A stretch of 63,455 bases of DNA, counting the filler, from Thraustochytrium aureum (lineage: Eukaryota): the NCBI GenBank assembly GCA_012862495.1. It is 4 parts of 2 records of this genome, joined end to end, with 100 filler letters (N's around TTAATTAATTAA, not from the genome) between each part and the next. Parts side by side here need not be neighbours in the genome. Positions count along the whole stretch, not along the records: positions 21,012 to 40,855 come from BLSG01000410.1; 3 more parts are not named here. One strand, 5' to 3'. Position 1 is the first letter of the stretch; the number at the start of each line of letters is the position of its first letter. The notes below the pieces were generated by a model. That model saw only the letters and a program-made list of their open reading frames with translations. It was not told the DNA's origin and searched no databases. Position numbers and translations under genes: made by a program. Positions 22,824-34,786 of the stretch are shown here, one piece after another.

Positions 22824-25800
22824 CTACCTCCGCGAGCCGCGAGCGCGCTTGCGCCGGCTCCCGCCAGTCTTCGCCGCCGGATCCTGCAAGGCGTCGCCAT
22901 CTGCATTCGCTTCCCCGTTCGCCGCACCCTCACCCGCAGCGCCGTCGACTGGAGCCGCCTCGTCCGTCAAAGCGTCCTTGGTCTGCGACGTCGCGGCCGC
23001 CGCCGCCACGGACGAGCGGCGCCGCGACGCGCGCCGCCCCGCACCGCCCTTGTCGGCGGAAGCCGCTTCCGGCTCTGGCGCCGCTTCTGGACCATTCGCA
23101 ACAGCGCTTTGGCCAGTGCGCCGCGACAGCCGGCGCGAACGCGCGCTTTCGCCCGTCTCCCCTTGGAGCGAGGCAGCGAGCTTCTTAGGCCCACTCTCTG
23201 ACTCGCCTCCAGCTGAATTCGCGCCAGCTTCGCCATCAGCGCCGCCCCTATCCTCCGCGCCTGCCTCGCTTTGCGCGTCGGCGCCCTCGACACGACGGCG
23301 CTTGGCGCGGGTCGAACCTTTGGACTTTGCCTTGCGACTCATCCGGCGGCGGCCCCGCCCTGCGGCGACGCCCTCGCCATCCTCGGCCCCAGTCGAGTCA
23401 CCGCCCGTGTCGGCGTCGCCCGAGGCCTCGTCACCTGACGCTGCCTGCCCCAGGACGGACCCGCGCCGCTCCTCCTTGTCTTTCTTGAAGGCGAGGTACT
23501 TGAATTGCGTGTTCACCTCCGGGTTGAGCGGGAGCGCGGGCTCCTCCTTGCCGTACTGGTCAAGGTCGAGCGTGCCCTTCTGGAACCACTCGACGTAGTG
23601 CACGATGCAGAGCATCTTGGTCCCCCAGGGGCCGCGGCTCCAACCTGACGACTCGACGGCGCCGCAGTACCGGCACCAAGGCTCGCCCGCGGCGGTTCGC
23701 GCAGCGTACACCTCCGGCTCGAGCCGCTCGATGGCCCACTGCACCTTGTTGCGCGAGGGAGCGACGCGCCGGGTGCCGCGCCCCGGCGCCTTGCTGCGCT
23801 TCCTCGACCCGGCCCCCTCCGAGCCCTCGTCCGAGCCGTACGAGGAGGCGTCCTCGTCCGACTCGCCGCCGGGCGTTTGCGAGGCACGACTCGCCCGCTT
23901 CGACTTGCTCCTCGGCCCTTGGCTACCGCGCAAGGCGCGCTCTGCCTTGCGCTCTGCCGCGAGCTCCTTCTTCGTCTTGTTTCGGCTTATCTCTGGCAGC
24001 ACGCCGTCAGGGAAAAAGTACTTCTTGTACACGCGGTGGATGGAAAAGTTGACGCTGCTGGAGGGCTCCAGGCCGAGCTCCTCCCGAATCCGCGTCCAAT
24101 TCCGGTCCGCAACCACCTGGGCGTACCCGCCCACGCTCTCGACTGCCTTGAGCAAGGGCTCCGCCTCGATCCACTGCCCTTGGATGAAGCACTGGTCCAC
24201 GGTGCGCCCATCGATCTCAATCGTGCGCTTGGTGCGCCGCTTCGACTCGCTGCCCTCGCCGTCCTCGCTCAGGTCCGCCAGGATGGGCCGCCGGCTGTGG
24301 CGACGCCCAAGCCGCCCGGGCGTGTCCCCGCCGCCCTCGCCGTCCTCCTGGTCGTCCAGGCCGACCACGACCTCATCCTCGTAGAAGCGGGCCACGTCGG
24401 TGGCCTGCGCGTAGTGGCGGCGGGAGGGGCGCTCCACCTGCTTGAGGAAGTGGCTCGCCGCGGCCTGCTCCTGCTCGCTGAACGTGCGCTTCATGTTGAC
24501 AATCTGCATCAGGCAACCGGTGACCTGTTCTTCAAACTCGGGCTTGACGGTCCCGGTCAGCTTCTCCTGGATCACCTCGTTGCCGGCGGCGCGCAGCTCG
24601 TCAAAGAACGCGCGCTTCTTCTCCTCTGTCTCGTACGCGGACCCGTCCACGAGGCGCGAGACCAGCGTGCTGCGCGGGTCCGCGCCGAGCACCTTGGTCC
24701 AAAAGCTTGGGTCTGTGACGTCGATCTCCTGGTCCGTCCCGGCGGCCACAAAGCTGGCTTTGGAGAAGGAGAACGAGCTCCCCGCGGCGCCGGCGCTGTC
24801 CTCCTTCTTGGCCGCGTCCCAGTTCACCTTGCGGCTCTTGCGGGCCAGCAGGTCGTCGATGTTGGCCTCGCTGAACTGGCGGCGCTCTCGGCGGCCTCGT
24901 CGTCGTTCTCCATCAGCCNNNNNNNNNNNNNNNNNNNNNNNNNNNNNNNNNNNNNNNNNNNNNNNNNNNNNNNNNNNNNNNNNNNNNNNNNNNNNNNNNN
25001 NNNNNNNNNNNNNNNNNNNNNNNNNNNNNNNNNNNNNNNNNNNNNNNNNNNNNNNNNNNNNNNNNNNNNNNNNNNNNNNNNNNNNNNNNNNNNNNNNNNN
25101 NNNNNNCACGGCCTGCTCGAGCCCCAGCTTGCGCGCCGCGCGGTCGAACAGGTGCGCCTCGTAGGTGTTCTTGGTGACAAACCGGTATACCGAGACGCTG
25201 TTCTTCTGCCCGATGCGGTGGCACCGCGCCATGGCTTGCAGGTCGTTCTGCGGGTTCCAGTCGCTGTCAAAGATGATCACCGTGTCCGCGGCGACCAGGT
25301 TGATGCCGACGCCGCCCGCCCGAGTGCTCAGCAAAAACACAAACGACTTGCCCCGCGGATCGCAGTACCTGTCTATCGCCTTTTGCCGCGCGTTGCCCGA
25401 CGTGTTCCCGTCGATGCGCTCGACGGGGTAGGCGCGGTCCGGGTGGTGGCAGTAGTCCTGGATGATGTCGAGCATCATCTTAAACTGCGAAAAAATGAGC
25501 ACCTTTCGCTGCTCGTTGCGCAGCTTGGCCAGCAGCTTGTCCAAGAGCACCATCTTGCCGCTTGCCTGGATCGTAGCCTGCAGCACCGCTGAAGGTTCCA
25601 CCAGGCCCGCCCGCTCGCGCTCCTCGACGCCGTTGATCAGAAACGGGTGGTTGCAGCACTTGCGCAGCTCCATCTCGATGTTGGTCAGCTGCGGCGGCAG
25701 CGCGGCGCGCGATCCCGTGCCGCCCCCGCGGCCCGAGAGAAACTCGCGGTTGCGCTCAAATATGGCGCGGTAATACTTTTTCTGCAGCGTGGTCAGCTCG

Positions 25801-28800
25801 ACGTCGATCACAGTCTCCTCCTTGGCCGGAATGTCCTTTTCCACGTGCTCTTTGAGCCGCCGCAGCATGAACGGCTTGACGCGGCTCTGGAGCGCGCCAA
25901 CCTGCTCGGCGTTCTGCATGTCGCCGAATTGCCCCAAGAACGCGTCCTTGTCCGCAAACTCGCGCGGCTCGATAAAGTTGAGCAGGTTGAACAGCTCCTC
26001 GACGTTGTTTTGGAGTGGCGTCCCGGTCAAGATGACGCGCGTGTCGCTGTGGATAAACTCGCGAAAGGTGGCCGCGAGCTTGCCCTTCTTCGACTTTAGC
26101 CGGTGGCCTTCGTCCACGATCACCGAGGCGAACTGGATGCCAGCTAAATCTTGGGCGTCTTGCACCATGGCCTCGTACGAGGTGATCAGAACCTGGAACT
26201 TGTACAGGCCCGGGATCGCTGTAGCGACGCCGGACCTGTGGTTCTTCTTCCAGTAGTAAAACTCGAGCTCGCGGATGATCTTGCGCGTTTGGCCCCCGGT
26301 CACCCTGCGCGTGCCTTGGTCGTGGTACAGCACAGCGTTCAGGTCGCTCCAGCGCTCAAACTCGTTCTTCCAGTGCCCGAGCGTGGAAAGCGGCGCCACA
26401 ACCAGGCAGGGCTTGATGTACTTGTTCCCGGACGCCATCAGGTGGTTGACGAATGCGACGGTTTGGCAGGTTTTGCCGAGGCCCATCTCGTCGGCCAGGA
26501 TCGACCCGCGCCCGTTCGCGTGGTTGAACGCGAGCCAGTTGAGTCCCTCCAGCTGGTACGAGCGAAGCTCCAGCCCATTCTTGAACACGGGCGACTTGTC
26601 GTACTTGACGAACCGCTTCTGGGCGTGCAGCTTTTGCTGCTGAGCGAGGGCTACCGCGGGCGACATGACGCGTCGCTGCACTTCCTCCTCCTCGCGCTCG
26701 CGCCGTTGCTGCTCTAAGAGCGAGCGCTGCTGCTGGGCGTGCCGCTCCTTGAGTGCGGCGCGCTGCTGCTCTTGCGAGGTTGCCAGCGCCTCGAGCTTGT
26801 GCTGATATTGCGCTTGTCTTGCTCGCAGGACCTCTTGGAAGTGGTTTCGCATCGAGAAGAGCTCGTGGCGGTGTTCCGGGCTGAGCGTGGACAGCGATGT
26901 GGGGCTCGGTTGCTGGACCTCCCCCTCCTGCTGTGCGGTGCTGTGCCCGTTCGCGTTTTTCCAGCGGCCTGTACGGGTCGTCAGCCGCTTGCGCTACCGG
27001 CGGGACGACAAGCGGGGCTGGCAAGCTTTCCGGCTGCGGGGGCGGCAACGCGCCGTGGCCCGCCACCTCCTCGCTGCCACCAGTCTNNNNNNNNNNNNNN
27101 NNNNNNNNNNNNNNNNNNNNNNNNNNNNNNNNNNNNNNNNNNNNNNNNNNNNNNNNNNNNNNNNNNNNNNNNNNNNNNNNNNNNNNNNNNNNNNNNNNNN
27201 NNNNNNNNNNNNNNNNNNNNNNNNNNNNNNNNNNNNNNNNNNNNNNNNNNNNNNNNNNNNNNNNNNNNNNNNNNNNNNNNNNNNNNNNNNNNNNNNNNNN
27301 NNNNNNNNNNNNNNNNNNNNNNNNNNNNNNNNNNNNNNNNNNNNNNNNNNNNNNNNNNNNNNNNNNNNNNNNNNNNNNNNNNNNNNNNNNGGGACTTGGG
27401 CTGCAAGCGCGCTTTCAACACGCTGCACAGACGCGTCGTCTGCTTGGGCCCCCACGAGCTTTGGGCCCTGTTGATGCATGGGCTCTCCAGACGGCTGCTC
27501 CGGAGCGCCGTGCTGGTATTGCGCCTCTTGCCGGTCCTCTTGCAGCAGCTGTTGCGGGTGTTCCTGGGGCAACGCACTCTGAGACGCATCCTGCGGTTGT
27601 GGCGCGGCGTAGCCAGGGTCTCCGGCTCTGCTCTCGGGGCCCTGCTCCCGCGTGTCATGTTCATACTGGTCTACCTCCGCATCCTGCTGCGCCTCCTCCT
27701 CCTGGCCGCCAGCGCCTTCTAACGCCTCGTCATCGCCATTTTGAATGATCTCGCTTTCCGGAAGCAGCGCACCGTTCTCATCGTCATAGTCGATGGCGTG
27801 GTAGTCCACGTGCTGGTGCTGGCCAACATGCTGTAGTTGCTGTTCGGTTTGAAATTGCTGCTGCTGTTCGGCTGGCGCAAAGTACTCCTGGTTTGGTGGT
27901 AAGGGCGCTGCGGGCGTGAGCGCAGATGGCGCGCTCGCGCTGTGCGTGAGCTCGGCAAGCCGGTCCCGCAGCTGTTTCTGCAGCGCGTGCTGGGCCTGCC
28001 TGAGGTCGGCGTCATGGTGCGCCCGCACTTCGTGAGACTGCTGCTGCTGGAGCTGCACAAGCTGCTGCGCCTGCGCTTGCTGGCGGCTGAGCAGCTCGGC
28101 GCGTTGGGCCTTGTGGTGCGCAACGAGCTCCTTCGAGGGGCCCGCGGGGAGAGCATCGACGTGCGTTGTGGGAATCTTTGAGCGTCGGTAGTATGCCGCG
28201 ATGGCCGAGTCGTCGAGGATGTCCTTCTCGTCCTCCCAGGTGGTGTCCGCGTACGAAAGCCCTCGCCACTTTACGAGGAACTTGCGCTGTGAGGCAGATG
28301 CCGCCGCTTGATGGCCCGCCTGCAGCTTGGCAAAGCGCTGCTCGAAATAGGCGCTCAAGTTGTCGCCGCAAAACCGCACAAACAGCTGCGGGTCCTTGTT
28401 GTACGTGCGGCAGTTGTCAAAGATAAGCCGCACGTCTCGCGCAAAGTCGCTCGGCGACTTGTAGAACGAGCCACTCATGAGACGCTCGCGCACCATGTTG
28501 AAGCACATCGGCTCCTTGACGGCGGCGTAATACCCCGGCGCGCCGTCGCGCTCCTCGTCTGGGAGGTCCATAAAGTAGACGGAGAGCTGCGACCGGTTTA
28601 TCCTGTGTGCGATCACCTGCGACAGCGGCTGCGTCGCCTCGCGCATCCAGCTCGTGTCTGCCACTTGCGGCTTGTCTGTAAGGCCACGGTCCTCCTCCTC
28701 GGCGTGCGAGGCGTCCAGGATCCTCTCGACCTCGACGAACGAGGGGTCAAAGAACTCGGAGGACTCGCCCTCCTCAGCCGCGGCAGTGCCCCGAAGCGCG

Positions 28801-29010
28801 CGGAGCTCTGCCTTTTGTGCCTCCTCGCGCTCCAGCCCGCGGACAAACTGGCGCAGGCGTCGGTACCCATCCACGTCTTCGAGGATGAGGTCTTCTTGGA
28901 TCCACTCGACGTGCAGGTACGACCGCTCCCGCCATTTGACGAGGTACTCGTACTCGACCGGCTCTGGCTCGCCGCTATCGGCTTTCTTGGCGCTTGGCTT
29001 GGCGCCTGCC
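22824..29010 (-). CDS. CHD-family (CHD7/8/9-like) SNF2 chromatin remodeler with double chromodomain, bromodomain, ARID and GATA-like finger (gapped, 5' end missing)
   Basis: Chromo1 YLVKWRERSYLHVEW; chromo2 VEVERILD...FLVKWRGLSYADTTWE; ATPase LRSYQLEGLNWL, ILADEMGLGKT, IVDEGHRLK, LTGTPLQNN, ELRKCCNHPFL, LLSTRAGGVGINL, DSDWNPQNDLQAMARCHRIGQ; FSEANIDDLL and FSKASF motifs. Confidence 0.93.
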
Positions 29011-29365
29011 NNNNNNNNNNNNNNNNNNNNNNNNNNNNNNNNNNNNNNNNNNNNNNNNNNNNNNNNNNNNNNNNNNNNNNNNNNNNNNNNNNNNNNNNNN
29101 NNNNNNNNNNNNNNNNNNNNNNNNNNNNNNNNNNNNNNNNNNNNNNNNNNNNNNNNNNNNNNNNNNNNNNNNNNNNNNNNNNNNNNNNNNNNNNNNNNNN
29201 NNNNNNNNCTTTGCTCCTCGCTCCTCTGTTGATGTGGGGTTCGTTTGTTCTTTGCTACCTTCCCTCTCTCTGAGGGATTTATTTTTGAATTTTGAAATTC
29301 AAGAGTTGGATTTTGCTTTTTCCCCCGCCTCGCAGGAGGGAAAAACCAGTGACGAAACGACCCGT

Positions 29366-29422
29366 GTGAGGGTATACCGAGGGCAGAAATAGCCCATCGT
29401 GAGGTTTTACCGAGGGCAGAAA
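29366..29422. repeat. Two 24-bp direct repeats GTGAGG(GTA/TTT)TACCGAGGGCAGAAA upstream of the transposase
   Basis: Copies at 29366-29389 and 29399-29422 with 2 mismatches, followed by TATA-like TTTATAAAA at about 29444. Confidence 0.85.
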
Positions 29423-29496
29423 GACTCTGCCGCCTGCCAGCCGTTTATAAAAGAAGTCGAGGGCACCACCACAGACCGGGCAAAACGATAGCGGTC

Positions 29497-32400
29497 ATGG
29501 ACGCGGCCTGCAGCGAGCGCATTCACGTGCGGGGCGAGAAGGAGCTGAAGGAAGCCGACTTCAGCAAAGAGATATGGGTTGCGGCTCCCAGGTCAACAGG
29601 CCTTGGCTGCGTCTTTTCGGGTAGCCTCGAGAGCATCAGGTGCGCCTGCTCCAAAGTGCTCGCAGGGACCTCGGTGAGCTTTAACAACGCCAAGTCTCAT
29701 GCAATGGCTTGCAAATCGCGAGTCCAACTCACACAGGGCGCACGACGCGAGAAGCCGCAGAGGAAGCTGAACGGGTTTTTCGCTGCCAAGCGGGGAAAGC
29801 GCCCTGCTCTGACCGCCAGAAGCGAACCAGCGATAGTCGATCCTTCGCCTGTTGGCGGCTCAACGGAGGCTCGTCCTCAGCCTGCGGTGGCCCAGACGAA
29901 AGTGCAAGAGGTTGCTGCTGGTGACCAGACAGGCGATGTCCACAGCCCCGGCCGTGCTCAAGCTATTTGCGATTTGATGCCCTGCAAGGGCTTCAAAATC
30001 GGGGGCGTCAACGCCACCAACTTCAGTCTTGGCCGAGCCACATCGGACGCGGTCGTTCCTTGGACAGTCCTAGTCCAAAATGACGGCCAGCTGGTCTTCC
30101 GCAGCAACGAGTGCTCCGGACAACACAGCTGCGGAGACAGCATGTGCACGCAGTGCTCGGAGATGAAAGCTCTGCCGCAATTCACCGCAGCCATTGAGCG
30201 GGCTCTTCAACCCAAGGAAGACATGTTGACGACGACCCACAACTTTTCCCTTCTGGAGAATGCGCAGCTCGCGGAGAGGGTCTCGCGTGCGCGATTGGAG
30301 ATTTACAACCTCAGGTCAAGCCTGGCGCGGTCGCAGCGGTTCCGCGAGGAGGCCTCACTTGTCATCTCTGCAGCAGCAGGAGACGACGTTCCGAGACTTG
30401 CAGCTCTGCTTGCCAGGGGCCTAGAGCGCGGGAGCAAGCCGCAGACAATCCTGAGCTCCGTTCGGGCCGCGCGGGAGGGCAAGGGCATTCCTCGGACAGC
30501 ACCTCACGCAGTGACTGACGAGGAGGTCGACGAGGCAGTCTTGCTCTATCGTCTCGGCGGGCGAAAGGCCTACCACGCCATGCAGCAAGCGCATGCGTTG
30601 CCGAGCCCGGGATTTCTGCACAAGCACTACCTGAAGAATACGGCAGTCTTCGAGTCCATGCCGCTCAAGTACGACAAATGCACTCTCTTGCGCAACATGG
30701 CGAGCCATTTTGCCAAGGGTTTGGCTACTGGGGAAACCAAGTGCACATGGGTCCTCATGGCGGATGGTTTAGCCTTAGACATGCGCCTGAGATATGACAG
30801 CGCAACCGAGGCCGTTCACGGGTTCTGTGGGCTGCACTCCTCCATCGACAGCCCAACGTTTGACACGATGCACGAGCTGGAGAACTGGCGGGCGTCCGTT
30901 GACGACAACACGGAGCACTTGGCTGAGGAGGCGGTGGTTTTTGCCATCGGGGCGAACCGCCGTAACGGTTACGCGTTGTTCCCGGTCGCGGCTGTCCCTG
31001 TCTGCAAGAAGGTCGACGCCAGTCTATTTCACGACATCCTGCGTGACATCGCGGCCGAGTGGGAGGTCAAGTACCGCGAGACGTTCGGTCCCATCTCAAC
31101 GATCTGCACGGATGGAGCCGCAGCGCTTTCTTCTAAAGCTCGCCGAGCGTTGATTCTTCCTCAGGACGAGGCTGCGCCAAAGTGGTTTCGATCTCTTTGC
31201 GGCCTCGAGCTCTTCGGAAAGAGCTTCACGAAGTTCGGGGCTGCTTGCGCGACCGACGACAAGCATGCGGCCAAGGCCCTTCGCCGTCGCCTGAAGAGCA
31301 CCATTGGCTCACGACTTACAGACTCTGGCACAGTTGACAAGGGGACCCTCGAGAGCATCTTCGCATCACAGGGAATGCGGCCAGCCGAAATCCAGCAACT
31401 GCTTGACCCTGAGGACGAGCAGAGCGTGCCAGCAATGGTCCGATTCTTCGGCGCCATCTCGAAGATCTCCGACGATGATATCGTAAAGTGGCTCAGGAAC
31501 GGGCTTGCCTCGCGGAAGGAGTGGGCCCAACAAAAGGTCCCTGCTCTCCGTATTCTACGGGGCATTTGCAGATGCTTGCACACGCATTTCACTGCAAAGC
31601 TCTCCGTGCGCAACCACCTCGTCGTGCTCAGCGAGCTTGGCCACCTCCTCATGTTTCTGTTCAACAAGTACGCGACGGCGTTCATCGCGTCAGAGACGTA
31701 CGAATCCAACGCGAGTATGGTGTACTCGCATTTTAATGCCGTGGCCGCGTCAAGGCAAACTCTGGCGAGCGAGCACTTCCTCTTCCTAAACAATGGCGAC
31801 CGCCTGGAGGGTCTTTTCGGGACTGTCCGCACCCTCGTGTCAGCCCAGCGCAACTGCGACATGCTTCAACTCAACGAGCGCATTGCAATCGCAAGGACGA
31901 TTGAGGACGTCTACTCTCGGCACCCGCAGCTCGACAAAGGCTCGCGCCGACTCAAGACGACAGAGGACCACTGGAACACCCGCAGCTTTGAGGAGCAACT
32001 CACCAGCCCGCTTGTCAACATGAAGGAAGTATGGGATGAAGGGCGGTGTGCTGCGACCGTCGTCTTGGAAGACGGCGGTTTTGATGTTGACTGGGTCGCC
32101 CTTGGCAGCTCTGGGGTTTCCATTCTTGCTCCGAAACCCAAGCCTGGTTACTCCTCAGACCAAGACGCGCTCGCTGAAGACACTGCAGCAAAGGACAACG
32201 AGCCCAAGGCAACACCTCGTCCAGGTGACGCCGCGCAGACCGCTGAGGACGGACTCCTCAACGACGGCGATGGTGTTCTCCCAGGCGACATTTGTGGCAC
32301 TGGATCTGAACAGGGCGACTGCGAGGAAGCGGCGCGTGACGTGGAGGACGGCATTGATGACGAGTGCTGCGAGAAAGGCCTGATCGAGTGCAATGGTGTC

Positions 32401-33626
32401 CTCTTTCGGAAATCGTGGGCTCTCAAAGCGGTCTTCTCAACCACCATTGACCACCAAAGCAGCACTGACCGGCTCCGACGCGTTCGCAACATGGGCAAGT
32501 CGGCAGCGCGAATTCATGAGGCTCTCGACGACGAGGACGGCGGAGGCGCTGGGACTTTTCTCGTCGGTGACCTGGGCGCCTGCCTCGTTCACATCTCGGA
32601 CTCCGCAAGCACGGCGCAGGTTGCCCTGGCGTTGTTCCGGACGGTCTCAATGAAAGCGGGCCGTGTTAGAGTTACCGGCGTCAAGGCCTCTAGCCTTTCA
32701 ACTCGAGCAGATCTCGTTGTCACAGGCTACGTTGCGGCGTTCAAGGCCAGCGACAAGGGCACCTTTGACAGCTACCTAGCGAAGGGCTCGCAAGACGCCG
32801 GGCCGCGAGTCAACGTTGCTGCCAAGCACACCTCCCCTTCCGCCCTAGGTGCACAGTCCGCGAAGACGGTACTTATGGCTACAGCGTCCCAGCGTCCGAT
32901 TTCACTGCCCTGTTTGAGGATCTGAGGACTTTGGGCGCACTGCCTGTGAAACTGGGCGCAGCGACAGAGCGACTTCCGTATCGCGACAAGAACGGCCAAC
33001 TGCTCTGCGTCAGCCTCGCGCCACCCATAGCGGTTGGCGGGTCGACGAAACACAGTTGTCGAATATGCAAGGCAACAGTTCCGTCAACCTACCTGCTCTC
33101 GCACATGGCCGTGCATTTGCAGGCGCCGCCGCTCCTTGACCATGTTCCTCGATGTGGTTGTTGCGGATGTCCTGCTTCGGAGTGCTCGGTGCGGCTCACA
33201 TATCAAGTCCCTGCCAAAGGAGAGCGTTCTGGTCGCTGGCACGCCGAGGTTGACTGCAACTGCATTGGGCAATTCACTGTCAAGTACGCCGTCGCTTCAA
33301 AGCCCACTGCATCAAACCCAAGCACGAACGTCATCTTACCATGCCCACTCTGCGTGGAAGACGGGAGCGGAAACTACCTCCCAAGTCAACTCCACTGGAA
33401 ATACAACCTTCGACATCACGCGCAGACGATGCATCCGGGTGAGACACTTCCGCCAACCATGACCCTGTACGCGAAGAAAGGCGGCATCGTGTGCACGGCT
33501 GAGCTCCTTGTCCACGACGGCGAGAAGCGCATGTTGGAGAGGTTCCGCACTACAGCGCCTGGCAAGAAGCGTCCTGCGGCGAACGAACCACATGACAGGA
33601 CAGTGCGGCGACCAGCCAGCCTCTAG
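29497..33626 (+). mobile_element. P-element-superfamily-like DDE transposase gene with C-terminal Cys/His zinc-binding cluster (one frameshift near 32830)
   Basis: YRLGGRKAY..LPS; VLMADGLAL (D1); ICTDGAA (D2); TDDKHAAK (DxxH); DEQSV; NGDRLEGLFGTVRT (E), matching the P/THAP9 motif order. The alternate frame continues via LPYRDKNG into CRIC..H..H, CGCCG..C, CPLC..WKYNLRHHAQTMH. TIRs and TSD are not visible because both flanks are gaps. Confidence 0.75.
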
Positions 33627-34786
33627 TGTCTTGCGACCCTTCTCCAAGCTCGCAGAGTGCGGGCAGCAACAGAGTACCATTCGGCTCCCAAGGAGCCTGG
33701 CTGACTAAGAGCGCGAGGCTGCGGTGCTTGCACCGTCATCCACCGAGACGAAGACCTGTTCTTGATCAAGCCCTTGCGTTGGAACACCCAGCCCCATGGA
33801 GTACATCGAGCTCTACCAAGTCTCCCGAACATAAAATTGCCTATTTATTTGANNNNNNNNNNNNNNNNNNNNNNNNNNNNNNNNNNNNNNNNNNNNNNNN
33901 NNNNNNNNNNNNNNNNNNNNNNNNNNNNNNNNNNNNNNNNNNNNNNNNNNNNNNNNNNNNNNNNNNNNNNNNNNNNNNNNNNNNNNNNNNNNNNNNNNNN
34001 NNNNNNNNNNNNNNNNNNNNNNNNNNNNNNNNNNNNNNNNNNNNNNNNNNNNNNNNNNNNNNNNNNNNNNNNNNNNNNNNNNNNNNNNNNNNNNNNNNNN
34101 NNNNNNNNNNNNNNNNNNNNNNNNNNNNNNNNNNNNNNNNNNNNNNNNNNNNNNNNNNNNNNNNNNNNNNNNNNNNNNNNNNNNNNNNNNNNNNNNNNNN
34201 NNNNNNNNNNNNNNNNNNNNNNNNNNNNNNNNNNNNNNNNNNNNNNNNNNNNNNNNNNNNNNNNNNNNNNNNNNNNNNNNNNNNNNNNNNNNNNNNNNNN
34301 NNNNNNNNNNNNNNNNNNNNNNNNNNNNNNNNNNNNNNNNNNNNNNNNNNNNNNNNNNNNNNNNNNNNNNNNNNNNNNNNNNNNNNNNNNNNNNNNNNNN
34401 NNNNNNNNNNNNNNNNNNNNNNNNNNNNNNNNNNNNNNNNNNNNNNNNNNNNNNNNNNNNNNNNNNNNNNNNNNNNNNNNNNNNNNNNNNNNNNNNNNNN
34501 NNNNNNNNNNNNNNNNNNNNNNNNNNNNNNNNNNNNNNNNNNNNNNNNNNNNNNNNNNNNNNNNNNNNNNNNNNNNNNNNNNNNNNNNNNNNNNNNNNNN
34601 NNNNNNNNNNNNNNNNNNNNNNNNNNNNNNNNNNNNNNNNNNNNNNNNNNNNNNNNNNNNNNNNNNNNNNNNNNNNNNNNNNNNNNNNNNNNNNNNNNNN
34701 NNNNNNNNNNNNNNNNNNNNNNNNNNNNNNNNNNNNNNNNNNNNNNNNNNNNNNNNNNNNNNNNNNNNNNNNNNNNNNNNNNNNNN

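Noticed and set aside
29390..29422. U4 snRNA gene
   Set aside because: Only the 5' stem-loop-like part resembles U4; the U6-pairing stem I and II sequences and an Sm site are not found around it.
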